From assembly GCA_043744075.1 (NCBI GenBank), contig JAYTVL010000118.1, positions 9,191 through 73,190 on the forward strand: a DNA stretch of 64,000 nucleotides. The letters are read 5' to 3'. Shown here one piece after another: positions 10,666 through 21,328 of this stretch (positions within the stretch are counted from its first letter, which is position 1; every line of letters begins with the position of its first letter). Below the pieces are notes generated by a model that saw only the letters and a list, made by a program, of their open reading frames with translations, was not told where the DNA came from and did not search any database. Source of the DNA: Pirellula sp. (lineage in GTDB: Bacteria; Planctomycetota; Planctomycetia; Pirellulales; Pirellulaceae). A program made the position numbers and the translations under genes.

Positions 10666-11694
10666 GTGGCGAATTTGAAGAAGGCATTCAATCAACTATT
10701 TGCTCGACCGCAAGATGAGCAGTTTGAGGACTTTGACAAGCTTTATACGCATTGCTTGCGAAAGCAGCGGGAATCAGAAGTCCACTGGCGACTTCCGCCA
10801 GAAGTTATCCCGCTCGCGTATAACGGCAATGTCAGTCTAAAGCTCAAAGGCGTCAGTGCATTTGGAATGAACGACTGGAGTTTCGGACAGGCATGCAGGA
10901 TTGCAAAGGTCAAAAAGGAAACGCTGAATCGTTTGAAGCCAGATACGACAGCCCAAGTGCTTATTGAAACTATGCCCTTTGGCTCTCGACCGTTTCAAGT
11001 CTTTACCCAAGATGGCGTTGTGAAATCGATTCATGGCGTCGGCTACTCTCGACTTTACGATTCTGACGTTCTAGAGCTTGTGATCGACGAAGCATTTGAC
11101 TTCGATCCTCCGCCTAAGGGGGCAAATGGTGCAACCGGTCTTTATGCGGGCGAACAAGACATGTTCGCTTTTATGATCGACGATAAAACGTGGGTCGATA
11201 TTGGAGGTGAACATTTCGCTCCAGGCTTCTTTATCTGGAATAGCGAAGTTGGACGGCGGTCGGTCGGTATCCAAACTTTTTGGTACCAACGAGTCTGCGG
11301 CAATCACATTGTTTGGGACGCAAACAAAATCGCGTCATACAGTCGAAAGCATACAGCCAATGTCGGAAATGCCGTCGACGATTTGCGATTTCTTCTAAAA
11401 CGCCTCATCCAAACTAGAGATTCGCGAAAAGATGCGTTTACGGCGACCATAAAGCAAGCGATGGCGACTTCACTTGGATCAACTTCGGATGATGTCGCTA
11501 AGGCCTTAAATGGATTTGGAATCGCGGCGGGCTACATCAAGGACGCCGTCGAAATGATGGCGACACAATCCAGTGGGTACACGGTATTTAAAGCAGTTGA
11601 CAGTTTGACTCGGATTACTGGGCGGATCAGTAACGCTGGCGATCGGGCCGAACAAGATTCTAAAGTTGGAAGACTGCTATCAATGGCAAGCTAA
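10666..11694 (+). CDS. DUF932 family protein
   Basis: YAGEQDMFAF, GFFIWNSEVG..S.GI..FWYQRVCGNHIVW...RKHT; GGAG RBS before GTG. Confidence 0.85.
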   Translation: MANLKKAFNQLFARPQDEQFEDFDKLYTHCLRKQRESEVHWRLPPEVIPLAYNGNVSLKLKGVSAFGMNDWSFGQACRIAKVKKETLNRLKPDTTAQVLIETMPFGSRPFQVFTQDGVVKSIHGVGYSRLYDSDVLELVIDEAFDFDPPPKGANGATGLYAGEQDMFAFMIDDKTWVDIGGEHFAPGFFIWNSEVGRRSVGIQTFWYQRVCGNHIVWDANKIASYSRKHTANVGNAVDDLRFLLKRLIQTRDSRKDAFTATIKQAMATSLGSTSDDVAKALNGFGIAAGYIKDAVEMMATQSSGYTVFKAVDSLTRITGRISNAGDRAEQDSKVGRLLSMAS

Positions 11695-11727
11695 CATCGC
11701 GACGAGGCGCGAAGAAAGGAGAATTTA

Positions 11728-11958
11728 ATGGACCCAGAAGCAGCGTGGCGAGCCGTGCTCCAAGCCCTCGTCGATGACGATCGCGAAGCAGCATCGGAAT
11801 ATGCAACGAATCTTATTGGCTGGTTAGACCGTGGTGGTTTTTCGCCCAAGGTCTTACCAGAACTAGGTCAAGCGGCAAGTGATCCAGAATCACCCGCTTA
11901 CCATCTTGATCGCATGATTGTTCGTTTTGTCTGTGCGAGAGTTCGCATAGCTTCTTAA
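11728..11958 (+). CDS. Small hypothetical MGE protein (MDP...WLxRGGFxP type)
   Basis: AGGAG RBS, operonic position. Confidence 0.7.
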   Translation: MDPEAAWRAVLQALVDDDREAASEYATNLIGWLDRGGFSPKVLPELGQAASDPESPAYHLDRMIVRFVCARVRIAS

Positions 11959-11986
11959 CCCCTTTATTTTTGGAGAATTTTGTATT

Positions 11987-12262
11987 ATGGCAACACAAAC
12001 TGCCAAACGCCCTGTTCATGAAATCCGCCTTGGACGAGTCAAGGCCGCAATTTGGGAGAACGATACGAAAGATGGCCTCCGCCATAACATCTCGCTGTCG
12101 CGTATTTACAAAGACGGTAACCAGTGGAAAGACTCCACGAGCTTCGGTCGCGATGACCTGCCGCTCGTGATCAAGGTAGCCGACCTGGCTCACACGTGGG
12201 TTTACGAGAATGCCGGTTCAACTGCAACTGTTGCAGCCGGAAGTACTAGCGAAGAGTTCTGA
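11987..12262 (+). CDS. Small putative ssDNA-binding protein (PC4-like fold inferred)
   Basis: RVKAAIWEN...HNISLSRIYKDGNQWKDSTSFGRDDLP; paralog at 57892..58119. Fold is an inference. Confidence 0.65.
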   Translation: MATQTAKRPVHEIRLGRVKAAIWENDTKDGLRHNISLSRIYKDGNQWKDSTSFGRDDLPLVIKVADLAHTWVYENAGSTATVAAGSTSEEF

Positions 12263-12640
12263 TTTGCTTGTAAAACGCAGACTGCCGTTTGTGCTTGCAA
12301 TTGTAAGACTTAAGGCAGAACTGGAGACACACAATTCGCGTGATTCCCATTTAGGTTTGGATGCACCACCCAAGCCTTTATAGTTTGTTGCGGATGATTC
12401 TCCGCGCTTCTCAAATTGATTCATCTGCGTAGACGAGACATAGATTCCACCTCTTCCATCAAAGCGTGACTAGGCCACGCATTGCTAGAGGAAGGTGGCG
12501 TGCTTTTATTTCTTAGGTTTTAAAAGTCCCTGAAAAGACGGCGATCGTTGCGGTCTTGTCTTCCCCTCCGTCAGCAGCCTGCGCTGCATTCTTCGACGGT
12601 TTGTCTCTCAAGCTGTGGTTTTACCACAAGGAGAATTCTC

Positions 12641-13510
12641 ATGGATCGTGATGAAGCAATGAAGAGGAGCGACGACGCTCTCAAAGAACTTAGCTCGGCC
12701 TTGCAACAAGGCAAGAGCGAAAAGTTGATCGAATACCTTGGCATGCTGTCGAGGTTCCATCAGTATTCGTTTGGCAACTGCATTTTGATTTACTTGCAAA
12801 AGCCAGACGCATCGTTTGTGGCCGGATTCGGTCGATGGAAAGAACTTAATCGATTTGTTCGGAAAGGTGAGAAAGGAATTTCGATCCTCGCACCGATGGT
12901 CGGCAAGAAAAAGAAGGACGCCGATGCGACAAAACTTCAAGCTGAACCGTCAAGCAAATCGTCGAGTGAAGAGTCACCGAAAGTTCTTTATGGCTTTCGC
13001 GTCGTCTACGTTTTCGACGTTTCGCAAACCGAAGGCGAAGAGCTGCCGGAGTTCGCTTCCCTCGGGGGCGATCCTGGCGACAGAATCCAACGGCTCGAAA
13101 CAATTATTCGCGGTCATGGGATCGGATTCGAGTTTGTCGAATGCCTTCCAGGCGCTGCCAATGGTATGTCGGAAGGGGGGAAGATTTCAATCAACTCAAC
13201 AATCCCTAAGCCTCAGATGTTCTCGACGATGGTTCACGAGTTGGCGCATGAACTCCTTCATTGGGGAGATCGTCGTGAATTGACAACCAAAGTCGTTCGA
13301 GAAACGGAAGCCGAAGCGGTTGCATATGTTGTTTGTCGCTCGTGTGGACTTGAATGTTCGACGCGCGCATCGGACTACATCCAACTTTGGAGTGGTGACG
13401 ACAAGATTCTGATGCAGTCGCTTGAACTTATTCGTACCGTTGCTTCTAAGATCATTGCGGAATTGGATTCGACTAAGGTCGAGACTGAAGAGGTAGCCCA
13501 TGTTGCCTAA
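12641..13510 (+). CDS. ArdC-like ssDNA-binding domain protein with C-terminal zinc-metallopeptidase motif
   Basis: FHQYSFGNCILIYLQKPDA..VAGF..WK...RFVRKGEKGISILAP; VFDVSQTEG; HELAH...ETEAEAVAY; AGGAG RBS. Confidence 0.85.
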   Translation: MDRDEAMKRSDDALKELSSALQQGKSEKLIEYLGMLSRFHQYSFGNCILIYLQKPDASFVAGFGRWKELNRFVRKGEKGISILAPMVGKKKKDADATKLQAEPSSKSSSEESPKVLYGFRVVYVFDVSQTEGEELPEFASLGGDPGDRIQRLETIIRGHGIGFEFVECLPGAANGMSEGGKISINSTIPKPQMFSTMVHELAHELLHWGDRRELTTKVVRETEAEAVAYVVCRSCGLECSTRASDYIQLWSGDDKILMQSLELIRTVASKIIAELDSTKVETEEVAHVA

Positions 13511-14498
13511 TAATCTTCAACCATCCGACGACGAAGGAGTTCCATTCGAAGTCAATGTTCCGCATGATTCGTCAAAAGCGAATCAGGTCGATTCAGTTAC
13601 GGACGCTCCTAAACCCGAAGCAATTCGCCTTGGCTGCATTCATTGCAACCGAAATGATTTCGACGGAGTGCATGAGTTGCCGTCCGATTGGCATGAAATC
13701 TATCCAATCCAGACTTGGAATGCATCAATCGAGCAAATAAAATCGAATGATCTGCTCAAGAGAAGTGCGTTGGTCTGGGAGACGCATCTTGGAGTTTGTC
13801 CCGAATGCAATGAAGAATTTGACCGCGAGGAAAAGCCTTCGATGTCGAAGATTCAATGGATGGAATCTGAATCGAGTGATCGCGACGAACGTGAGTTTCA
13901 AAGGTCGCTAAATATACATCCAATCATTCGGCAGATCATCGACCGCGATTGTCATGTCGGAGAAAGTAACCGTAACGTTGTTCGACATGTTGTTTCAAAA
14001 CTGCGGAAAGGAGTCGAATCCTTCCGAGGTATGAGCAAAGCCGATAGACGCAAGTTTATCGAGCAATGTGTTACGCAGCATAGCGGCAACTATCGCCAGT
14101 ACGTCGAAGTAATGAGCGGCTTTCGCTACACCACCCGCTGCAATGATTGCGGTGGGCAACCGATAAGTTCGCTTTCGGGCTCAGAGATTGTCAAAATGAT
14201 GCGAACGCACAAGATGACGATCGAGCAGTTGGCGTTTCGACTCGGAACGTCGCAGAAGCGAGTCCGTCAGGTTCGTGATCTGGGACTGAGCGATGTTTAT
14301 ACGATTCGCGATTGGATTCATGCAATCTCGGATTTGGACGTTGGTCCAATCCCCGAGAAGTACCGAGTTCATAACCGACGAGAAGAAGGCGACTGCTGTT
14401 TCTGCGGCTATCCTCTTTATGTTGGAGACGAAGCTTTCGAATACGTTGGAGAAATGTTTTGTTCAATAACCTGTAGCCGGAAAAGCCGTGGCTGGTAG
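13500..14498 (+). CDS. Hypothetical protein with several CxxC zinc fingers and an HTH-like segment
   Basis: CIHC, CPEC, CNDC, CCFC...CSITC; TIEQLAFRLGTSQKRVRQV helix-turn-helix-like; overlaps ArdC stop. Confidence 0.7.
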   Translation: MLPNNLQPSDDEGVPFEVNVPHDSSKANQVDSVTDAPKPEAIRLGCIHCNRNDFDGVHELPSDWHEIYPIQTWNASIEQIKSNDLLKRSALVWETHLGVCPECNEEFDREEKPSMSKIQWMESESSDRDEREFQRSLNIHPIIRQIIDRDCHVGESNRNVVRHVVSKLRKGVESFRGMSKADRRKFIEQCVTQHSGNYRQYVEVMSGFRYTTRCNDCGGQPISSLSGSEIVKMMRTHKMTIEQLAFRLGTSQKRVRQVRDLGLSDVYTIRDWIHAISDLDVGPIPEKYRVHNRREEGDCCFCGYPLYVGDEAFEYVGEMFCSITCSRKSRGW

Positions 14499-14621
14499 CA
14501 CAAACTAAACGGTTTGTATCAGAGGTTCCAAGCAAGCACGCCACTTGGACCTCATTTCCAAGGAACGCCCGACAAGCATATGTCTACTCCACTCAATGAG
14601 ACCAAATGGCACGATTCAGTA

Positions 14622-15152
14622 TCACAAATTTGCGAACACCATGATTAAGGCCAATGCACTGCCAAGTACCCACAGGCGGGCCGAGATGCCAACATAGTGG
14701 TACTTGAACTGAGCTATATTACTCAGTTGCCAATTGTGTTCGGCTACCGCAATTATCCAGTCGTGGTCTGTCAACGCGGTAACTTCGATCACATAATTTT
14801 CAATTTTGCGTTTTTGAATGTGTCCAAAGTAAATGGGAGATAGGTTGGTCGATTCTATTTTGGGCTTGTTCGATCGTAAAGAAACGAGTCGCGGGTACAT
14901 CGCCCAGCAAGCTACTCCAAAGGCAATGAATAGAACCACAAAACTGATCGCAATAAATGTCCCGTTCAATGTAAATGGGTTGGCTTTAAGTGTCTTCGGC
15001 AAATCAGCCCAAACCATTGCACCGATAACCGCAGTACTAACGCCAACCAAAGCGCTCGCTTTTTGATCCGCAAAACGAATGTACTCATTGATATAGCAAT
15101 GTACATTCCAATTTGATTCGATTGTAGGAGCGTCTTTCAAGTCGGTGTTCAT
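14622..15152 (-). CDS. pycTM: Pycsar transmembrane effector (PycTM-like)
   Basis: YINEYIRFADQKASAL, two N-terminal TMs, PIYFGHI, ...AQFKYHY plus C-terminal TM; ATGA-coupled to a class III cyclase. Confidence 0.75.
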   Translation of the reverse strand: MNTDLKDAPTIESNWNVHCYINEYIRFADQKASALVGVSTAVIGAMVWADLPKTLKANPFTLNGTFIAISFVVLFIAFGVACWAMYPRLVSLRSNKPKIESTNLSPIYFGHIQKRKIENYVIEVTALTDHDWIIAVAEHNWQLSNIAQFKYHYVGISARLWVLGSALALIMVFANL

Positions 15153-15964
15153 CTCGGATTATTTTTTCTTTTAACGGTGTCTGAAAGAACTCGGTAGTCC
15201 CAGCCCCATTCTATGGTTACCGCACCATCATTCTTGCTAGAACCAAATCTTGCCGTTCCGCCTTTGCCTTGGGGGTAAGTATCACGAGCTGAGTAAGTTA
15301 AGCAGATTTTGCTACTTTCGTTGCTTAGCTTGCAGCATTTGTTGACACACGGGCCATAAGCTGTAAGTTCCGTCGCCGTTAGGTGGCCAATCCGAGTAAC
15401 TACGACTTCCCCTGTATCGATCCCGACTCCTACTTCTAAGCCAGCCCTTATATCCGCGTCTTTGAGAATCGAATTGACTATTTCGATCGATTCAATCATT
15501 GCCTTGCCGCACTTTACAGCATTTCGGACTGCTTCGCTGCCATGATTCGGCTCGATTTCGTTGTTGAGAGGTTTCTCGACTTCTTTTAGGCCAAGGGCCA
15601 CGATAATGCCGTCCCCACGTAAGCCGACAACTTCCCCGGCGAAGTGCGACGATACATGTATCATAGTCGGCAAATATGTGTGCATCGTTAAGTATGTTGA
15701 CTTTGCACCCACTGCGATCGCACGCTGACTTGACCCCCTTAAATCAACACACAACATCGCAGCCCATGCAAGCTTACCGAAGCTGGTGTCCAGTTCTTCG
15801 AATTCGGGCCGATCTGTCAGAGCCCTTGCGGACTTTGCCATGTATTGTTCGGCAAGCAATGTTCCGCCTGTACGAGTCGAGAATCGAATTGTATTAGTCG
15901 CTACGTTTGCCTCATTGAATCTGTCTCTAGCAAACTCCCTAACCGCTTCCGAACTTAACTCCAT
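15149..15964 (-). CDS. pycC: Class III nucleotide cyclase (Pycsar PycC-like)
   Basis: MLCVDLRGSS, GLRGDGII, VGVGIDTGEV, YGPCVNKCCKL. Start set at ATG 15964 (GGAGGA RBS); 16051 region is an alternative. Confidence 0.8.
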   Translation of the reverse strand: MELSSEAVREFARDRFNEANVATNTIRFSTRTGGTLLAEQYMAKSARALTDRPEFEELDTSFGKLAWAAMLCVDLRGSSQRAIAVGAKSTYLTMHTYLPTMIHVSSHFAGEVVGLRGDGIIVALGLKEVEKPLNNEIEPNHGSEAVRNAVKCGKAMIESIEIVNSILKDADIRAGLEVGVGIDTGEVVVTRIGHLTATELTAYGPCVNKCCKLSNESSKICLTYSARDTYPQGKGGTARFGSSKNDGAVTIEWGWDYRVLSDTVKRKNNPR

Positions 15965-16148
15965 GTAGTCATCCTCCGTGCCAAGTCGACAGTCATTCAC
16001 AGACAAAAGTGCGACCGCAAATGCTGTACCAAGATGCCTGATCTCATTCATATGAAGCAACTCCCCGCAAATCAAATGACATTTAAGACCAAGCGTTTTC
16101 TCTAATTGTCTTATTGCAATTAAATAGAGCTTCGGTAGAATCATCCGG

Positions 16149-16529
16149 ATGAATGCAGCCGTAGGAGACAAGGTTTTGATTAAGGCACAAGGCCTTAGGG
16201 GGATCGTTAGCGGAGTACATCGCGAAAAGATAGGAGTTCTCGATATCCAAGGAAAATCTCACTCGTTAGTTGCCAATCAAATCGTCAATTACAGTCTAGC
16301 GGCACGCAAAGCTTGGGAAAAAATGCCGCTACGGCAAGTGGGAAGGCCGGTTGGAACAAAACGAACAGACAGAGTTTCGGTTACGCTTCGAATCGATCGT
16401 GATTTATGGGATGAATTCAGAGCTGCTGAGGAAAAAGGGCTGATAACGAATCGCACCACAACAGTGAACGAGTGGATTCGCCAAAAATTACAAGAGACAA
16501 GTTTGGGTTTAGAACCAGGAGGCGTGTAG
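16149..16529 (+). CDS. Small protein with C-terminal ribbon-helix-helix (BrnA/CopG-like) DNA-binding region
   Basis: GRP....[18 protein letters not shown] motif; first gene of the DUF5131-TcmP operon. Confidence 0.6.
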   Translation: MNAAVGDKVLIKAQGLRGIVSGVHREKIGVLDIQGKSHSLVANQIVNYSLAARKAWEKMPLRQVGRPVGTKRTDRVSVTLRIDRDLWDEFRAAEEKGLITNRTTTVNEWIRQKLQETSLGLEPGGV

Positions 16530-17254
16530 TGGCCCAAAATTCATCGATCGAATGGACTGAAGCGACATGGAACCCAACGACGGGTTGCACGAAGATTAGT
16601 CCAGGCTGCGCCCATTGCTATGCTGAAAGAATGGCAAAACGCTTAAAGGCAATGGGTCAACCGCGATATGCCAATGAGTTCAAATTGACGCTTCAACATG
16701 ATGTTGTCGAACTGCCGCTGCATTGGACGAAGCCTAAAACCATTTTTGTCAATTCGATGAGCGACCTATTTCATAAAGACGTCCCGGAAGAATTCATCGT
16801 GAAGTGCTTCAAAGTCATGGAAGAGGCAAAGCAACACGTCTTCCAGGTTCTAACAAAAAGACCAGAGCGTGTGCTTGAATTGACCAATAGACTTCCCTGG
16901 ACCGAAAACATTTGGATGGGGGTCAGCGTGGAAAACGACAAATACGAATCGAGGGTAGCAGCGCTGCAAGAAATTCCGGCGGTTATTCGCTTTCTGTCCG
17001 TTGAACCATTGTTAGGACCGATTACCCGATTGCCTATTACAAACATACATTGGGTAATAGTCGGCGGTGAATCAGGTCCAGAAGCAAGACCCATGGACAT
17101 AAAATGGGTGCGAACGATTCGTGACAGATGCGTAAAAAACAAGACGCCATTCTTTTTCAAACAATGGGGTGCGCATGGTCCTGACGGAATAAAGAGATCA
17201 AAGAAAGCGAACGGCCGTGAATTGGACGGTCGAGTTTGGAACGAAATGCCATGA
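16529..17254 (+). CDS. DUF5131 (phage Gp37/Gp68) radical-SAM-like protein
   Basis: [29 protein letters not shown] three-Cys motif, [32 protein letters not shown]; AGGAGG RBS before GTG 16529. Confidence 0.95.
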   Translation: MAQNSSIEWTEATWNPTTGCTKISPGCAHCYAERMAKRLKAMGQPRYANEFKLTLQHDVVELPLHWTKPKTIFVNSMSDLFHKDVPEEFIVKCFKVMEEAKQHVFQVLTKRPERVLELTNRLPWTENIWMGVSVENDKYESRVAALQEIPAVIRFLSVEPLLGPITRLPITNIHWVIVGGESGPEARPMDIKWVRTIRDRCVKNKTPFFFKQWGAHGPDGIKRSKKANGRELDGRVWNEMP

Positions 17255-18576
17255 GTAGACAACCGGATCTATTTCCTGAATTGGAGTATAAGGCAAAAGC
17301 GACTAAACCTCGCCAGCAATATATTTGGACACCGGGTGGAACGCCGCCATTATTGGGGCGGCATAGTCTCGCAAAACACGAAGTACTTTCGTCATATCTG
17401 CGGAAATACGTTTCGGTGCTTGCTGGTCGTGTCGAACAGGAACAGTTGGTGCTGACGCTTGTTGATGGATTCTCGGGTGGTGGTACCTATCTGCACCCTG
17501 ACACCAACGAAACAATCTTTGGATCGCCGTTACTTATGCTCGATGCCATGAAGGAAGCCGAAGCATTTGAACAATCGCGGAGAACAAAGAATTTTCGCAT
17601 TCGAGCAGAGTACTACTTTATCGACAAAAGCCCGGCAGCAAGTTCGTGCCTCGCGTCTTCAATTGGCGAGATTGCAATCCCTGATGCCCATCGAACGAAT
17701 ACGCACGTGCTAACTGGCAAGTTCTCCGACTATCTAGATTCGATTATCAACAAGATTGACAGTCGTAGTCGCTCAAAAAGGGTGATTTTCCTATTGGACC
17801 AGTACGGCTACTCTGACGTCCAGATGAGTGACATCCAACATATCTTTATGAGGCTCCCAAACGCCGAAGTGATCCTAACTCTTGCAATCGATTGGCTCGT
17901 AGACTTCATAAGCGATCATGAGAACACAAAGCGAATCTTGACCAATATGAGTCTAGATGCAGAATTGCTGACTCGAATCAAACAAGAAAGTCCGACTACT
18001 TGGCGAGAGAAGATCCAACTTCTTTTGAGCAAGCAATTCTTTGCTTCGAGCGGTGCGACTTGCTACACGCCATTTTTCATCCACTCTGTTGAGTCGCATC
18101 GGGCCTATTGGTTGCTTCATTTTTCGGGCCATTCAAAAGCTCGCGATGTTATGACTGAACTGCATTGGGAGTTCAAAAACCATTTCCAGCATTTTGGAGG
18201 GTCTGGATTTGGGATGCTTGGGTTCGACCCTAGGAAAATGCATGAGGAAAACATTAGGATGCTTCCGTTCGATTTCGATATTTCCGCAAAGGGAGAAACT
18301 CACGACGCACTGCTTGCCGAGATTCCACGCAAAGTAGCTGCGATCGCAAACGAGATTCAGTTCGGACATTTCTTCGACTCATACGTGAACGACACACCAG
18401 CCACAAAACAAATGTTCGAGCAGTGCATTCAAATCCTAACCAAGGATCGAGAACTAAAGATCAAAAGCGCCAACGGGAAAATGCGAAAGCTTGGGGTCAA
18501 ACTGAAGGATGATGACGTCATCGTGGTCCCTCGACAGAAGATATTCTTCCCTCGTGAGTTAGTGATGTTTAATTGA
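17251..18576 (+). CDS. tcmP: Three-Cys-motif partner protein TcmP (methyltransferase-like + wHTH)
   Basis: [30 protein letters not shown]; ATGA-coupled to DUF5131. Confidence 0.85.
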   Translation: MSRQPDLFPELEYKAKATKPRQQYIWTPGGTPPLLGRHSLAKHEVLSSYLRKYVSVLAGRVEQEQLVLTLVDGFSGGGTYLHPDTNETIFGSPLLMLDAMKEAEAFEQSRRTKNFRIRAEYYFIDKSPAASSCLASSIGEIAIPDAHRTNTHVLTGKFSDYLDSIINKIDSRSRSKRVIFLLDQYGYSDVQMSDIQHIFMRLPNAEVILTLAIDWLVDFISDHENTKRILTNMSLDAELLTRIKQESPTTWREKIQLLLSKQFFASSGATCYTPFFIHSVESHRAYWLLHFSGHSKARDVMTELHWEFKNHFQHFGGSGFGMLGFDPRKMHEENIRMLPFDFDISAKGETHDALLAEIPRKVAAIANEIQFGHFFDSYVNDTPATKQMFEQCIQILTKDRELKIKSANGKMRKLGVKLKDDDVIVVPRQKIFFPRELVMFN

Positions 18577-18976
18577 TGCTGACCAGGTTGAATTGTTCTT
18601 GGGTATAGTAGACGCCCGGACTACTCAAAGCAAATCTGGTCTAGTCCAATTTGCGAATGACCGGGATTCGCCAATGAAAGAGAGGAAAGTGATTAGAGCC
18701 AACTTTCCAAAAAGGCTTAAAACAACAGGTAAAACATCGCTTCGAACAATTCGGGGCGGAGCTACCTAGGGCAATCGTCCTTACCTACCGCCACATTGCC
18801 TAAAAACATAGTGCGCAGCTCTCTAAGAATAAACATAGTTGCAGCTACCGCTATCAGAGTTTCCGTGAGACTAGACATGACATACTCCCAAAGGGTCGAA
18901 ATTAACCTAACACCTGAGTGGTTATGATGTGCTTGCGTTCCTTCGTATCCTAATTAGAAGAAGAGATTCAACCTAA

Positions 18977-20014
18977 ATGCTACTAACTCACTTAAAAACA
19001 TTTTTTTCCGACCTACTGCACTGGTCAAGGCAAGATGAAAATCGGAATCTTGCGACTGGAATTGGCGTTGCATGCAACATCGCGAATGCGTTGATACTAA
19101 TCTTAGTCGCAGTATATGCTAACTCTGCAAATCGAAGGAACGTGGTGCAAGCAAATCTGATCCAACAACAAAAGGTAGATACTGACCACGCAATGTTGGT
19201 GGTGAATGAAGAAATTAAAAAATCCCACGCAGAACACTTGAAGCTAATCGACAGAATGATTCAGATCAGTGAGCGAGGTACTGATCTACAAGCACAGAAC
19301 GTAGCGATCTTGCGAAAGTTAGAGAATTCCCCAGAAATCGATTTGGCCAGCAGGAGCTACAAGCGACTTATCGTCGCTCTGAACAAATTGTCGTGGACCC
19401 CTCACGAAGCCGGAGACGACCTAAGTCGATATAGAATGCTCGAAACTAAGAGGGTTCGGCAGATCGTACTGTCGATGGATGATTTGGATTGGCTGCTCAA
19501 TCTAGTCAAGAGAATAGATCCCATGACCTCAAAACTTTTTGATTCCTTAGGAAAGGACAAAGAAGCCGAAGTTACCCAGGAACTTGCAACCGAATTGCAG
19601 ATTGATAACGAAGGCTTGCTGTTCCCTGCAATCTCTTACTGCTACGGAACAAGATCAGACAATGAGATGTCCTTTCGTAACTTTGCAAGGCTCTACACAC
19701 GTCTCCAATCTGCTGGTGATAGCAAGCTCGATTGTTCCTTAATTGAAAAGCTATTTGAAGGCAATAATCCGTCGATTGACGAAGTGGGTCGTATGTACTT
19801 GAGCTGCCTGAGTAATCCAAAGTTGAAACAGGAGTTGTCCAATATACTGCGGTCTGACCCGACTCGACTTTCGGATCAAAAAACAGCTGTGATGCTGAGA
19901 AGGCAATTGCACGAATACATTCTGGAAGTCGGCGCAAATGAGAGACTTAGACTGCAACGATTTAGAGATGTTAGTGTAGTTGATGTTGTAACCTCTAAAC
20001 CGGCTAATCAGTAA
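18977..20014 (+). CDS. Hypothetical protein with N-terminal TM and coiled-coil
   Basis: 345-aa ORF; TM at IANALILILVAVY; helical remainder. Confidence 0.65.
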   Translation: MLLTHLKTFFSDLLHWSRQDENRNLATGIGVACNIANALILILVAVYANSANRRNVVQANLIQQQKVDTDHAMLVVNEEIKKSHAEHLKLIDRMIQISERGTDLQAQNVAILRKLENSPEIDLASRSYKRLIVALNKLSWTPHEAGDDLSRYRMLETKRVRQIVLSMDDLDWLLNLVKRIDPMTSKLFDSLGKDKEAEVTQELATELQIDNEGLLFPAISYCYGTRSDNEMSFRNFARLYTRLQSAGDSKLDCSLIEKLFEGNNPSIDEVGRMYLSCLSNPKLKQELSNILRSDPTRLSDQKTAVMLRRQLHEYILEVGANERLRLQRFRDVSVVDVVTSKPANQ

Positions 20015-20259
20015 GAGACTTCGCTATCTGAAACGAATTCGCGATCCTCAGGAACTATCGAATCGCTTCCGCTTGTGCAACCGACGGGCGGAACGGAATC
20101 CGGGAACCATACTTCCTCTGTTTGTAAACTGCGTTTTGCTGACGCTACCGCCAGCATTCTAGATCAATTGATTTGCCGCGGTGAAGCACAGGAGCTGAAG
20201 AGGAGGATTGCGCCGCTCCCACCCGCATTAATTTACTCCATTTCACCTATCTGACGAGT

Positions 20260-20490
20260 ATGCTTGATGGCAACCATGCTGATACGGGCTTCGAAAGCGT
20301 TGGCCGTTATGCCCATCCTCTTCCGATTCCTGTAGCAAACGTGATTAGGTACACACTCCCAATGGGATCGTTGATCAACATGGGAAAAGTCGCACCGCTA
20401 TTTAGGCAGGCTGGCGGCGGAGTCGAGATTTGTCTCACGGCCGATACGGTCGTAACTGTGGGGGCAACGACAGTTCTTCTACCATATTGA
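20260..20490 (+). pseudogene. Possible TNT-like toxin C-terminal remnant
   Basis: GKVAPLFRQAGGGVE resembles the TNT-family G.VAP.FGQ.GGG.Q motif; short and fragmentary. Confidence 0.3.
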
Positions 20491-20526
20491 TGCTGTCCTT
20501 CTTCAGGATATTGGTCCGGGTATTGA

Positions 20527-20920
20527 ATCGATGATGACAACGCGGACGTTTTGCACCAATGGTGGAAGCATCCAAATCTGCACGGTTGGATGGGTGCATG
20601 ACATGGTTTGCGAGGCGAGACCCTTTTTAGTTTTGAATGCAAAAGAAATTGGAATTTCGAGCATCAACTAGGAAAGCTGGGAAGGGTAGGTGGTTTTTTC
20701 TCAGTGGCTTTACCGTGGATTCGGCATCGAAGCAAACGGCTTTGGGCGTTTCAGATGAGTGTTTTCACCAAGCTGATGCGACTTCCCGGTTCGAAACGCT
20801 TGATACAAGATCAGAATCAGAGGTTCTTTGCAAACCATGTCATGCACCCGGTTGGATGGAGAATCTCTACTACGAAAAAAGGCGCTACCGAACCCGTTTT
20901 TAACTGCGTCAATTTAGCCA
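20527..20920 (+). pseudogene. MGE/phage hypothetical gene remnant (WxKHPNLHGWME...FNCV family) disrupted by MITE and frameshift
   Basis: Removing the MITE and one target duplication restores HQWWKHPNLHGWMENLYYEK; a frameshift in the A-run leads to GATEPVFNCVNL. Confidence 0.6.
20592..20849. mobile_element. 258-bp MITE / internally deleted IS with 20-bp terminal inverted repeats and 8-bp target-site duplication
   Basis: GGGTGCATGACATGGTTTGC (20592-20611) and its perfect reverse complement (20830-20849); GGTTGGAT directly repeated at 20584-20591 and 20850-20857. Confidence 0.9.
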
Positions 20921-21078
20921 GTCGTGGAAAGCTTTCTGTAGCGAGGCGATGTCGGCGTCTGTTACTTTGGTGTCTTTCACCGCAATTGTACCTTATTTTG
21001 TGAACTTCTTGCAGTGCTCGAGCCCTGCATTAGTATTAGTGTGCTCAAAATCAGATCCTTCGAATGATTGCCAACAAG

Positions 21079-21309
21079 CTAATCGTAAATCAAATGCTGC
21101 GCCGCTTCACGCAGCCGATCGCTGACTGAATCCGCTCCACCAATAATCTCAATTGCAGCCGCCCTTCGAAACAGCGTCCCAAGTTGCAGATCGAAATGCT
21201 CGCAGAGCTTTTCCGCTAGTTCGATTTCCTCATTTGTTAGTCCGATCAGTGAAACCGTTGCCGACGCAACTGCAAGGTTAACCTGCCGAATTCGTTCTTC
21301 GATACTCAT
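21079..21309 (-). CDS. Small hypothetical protein
   Basis: Plausible helical 76-aa ORF downstream of the nuclease remnant; weak RBS. Confidence 0.35.
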   Translation of the reverse strand: MSIEERIRQVNLAVASATVSLIGLTNEEIELAEKLCEHFDLQLGTLFRRAAAIEIIGGADSVSDRLREAAQHLIYD

Positions 21310-21328
21310 AAAGTGCGTACAACCTATT

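Noticed and set aside
12474-12512. Terminator homologous to 58133..58177 downstream of the first SSB-like gene
   Set aside because: Only 5-bp stems (GCCAC/GTGGC or CACGC/GCGTG) with a large loop; too weak to call.
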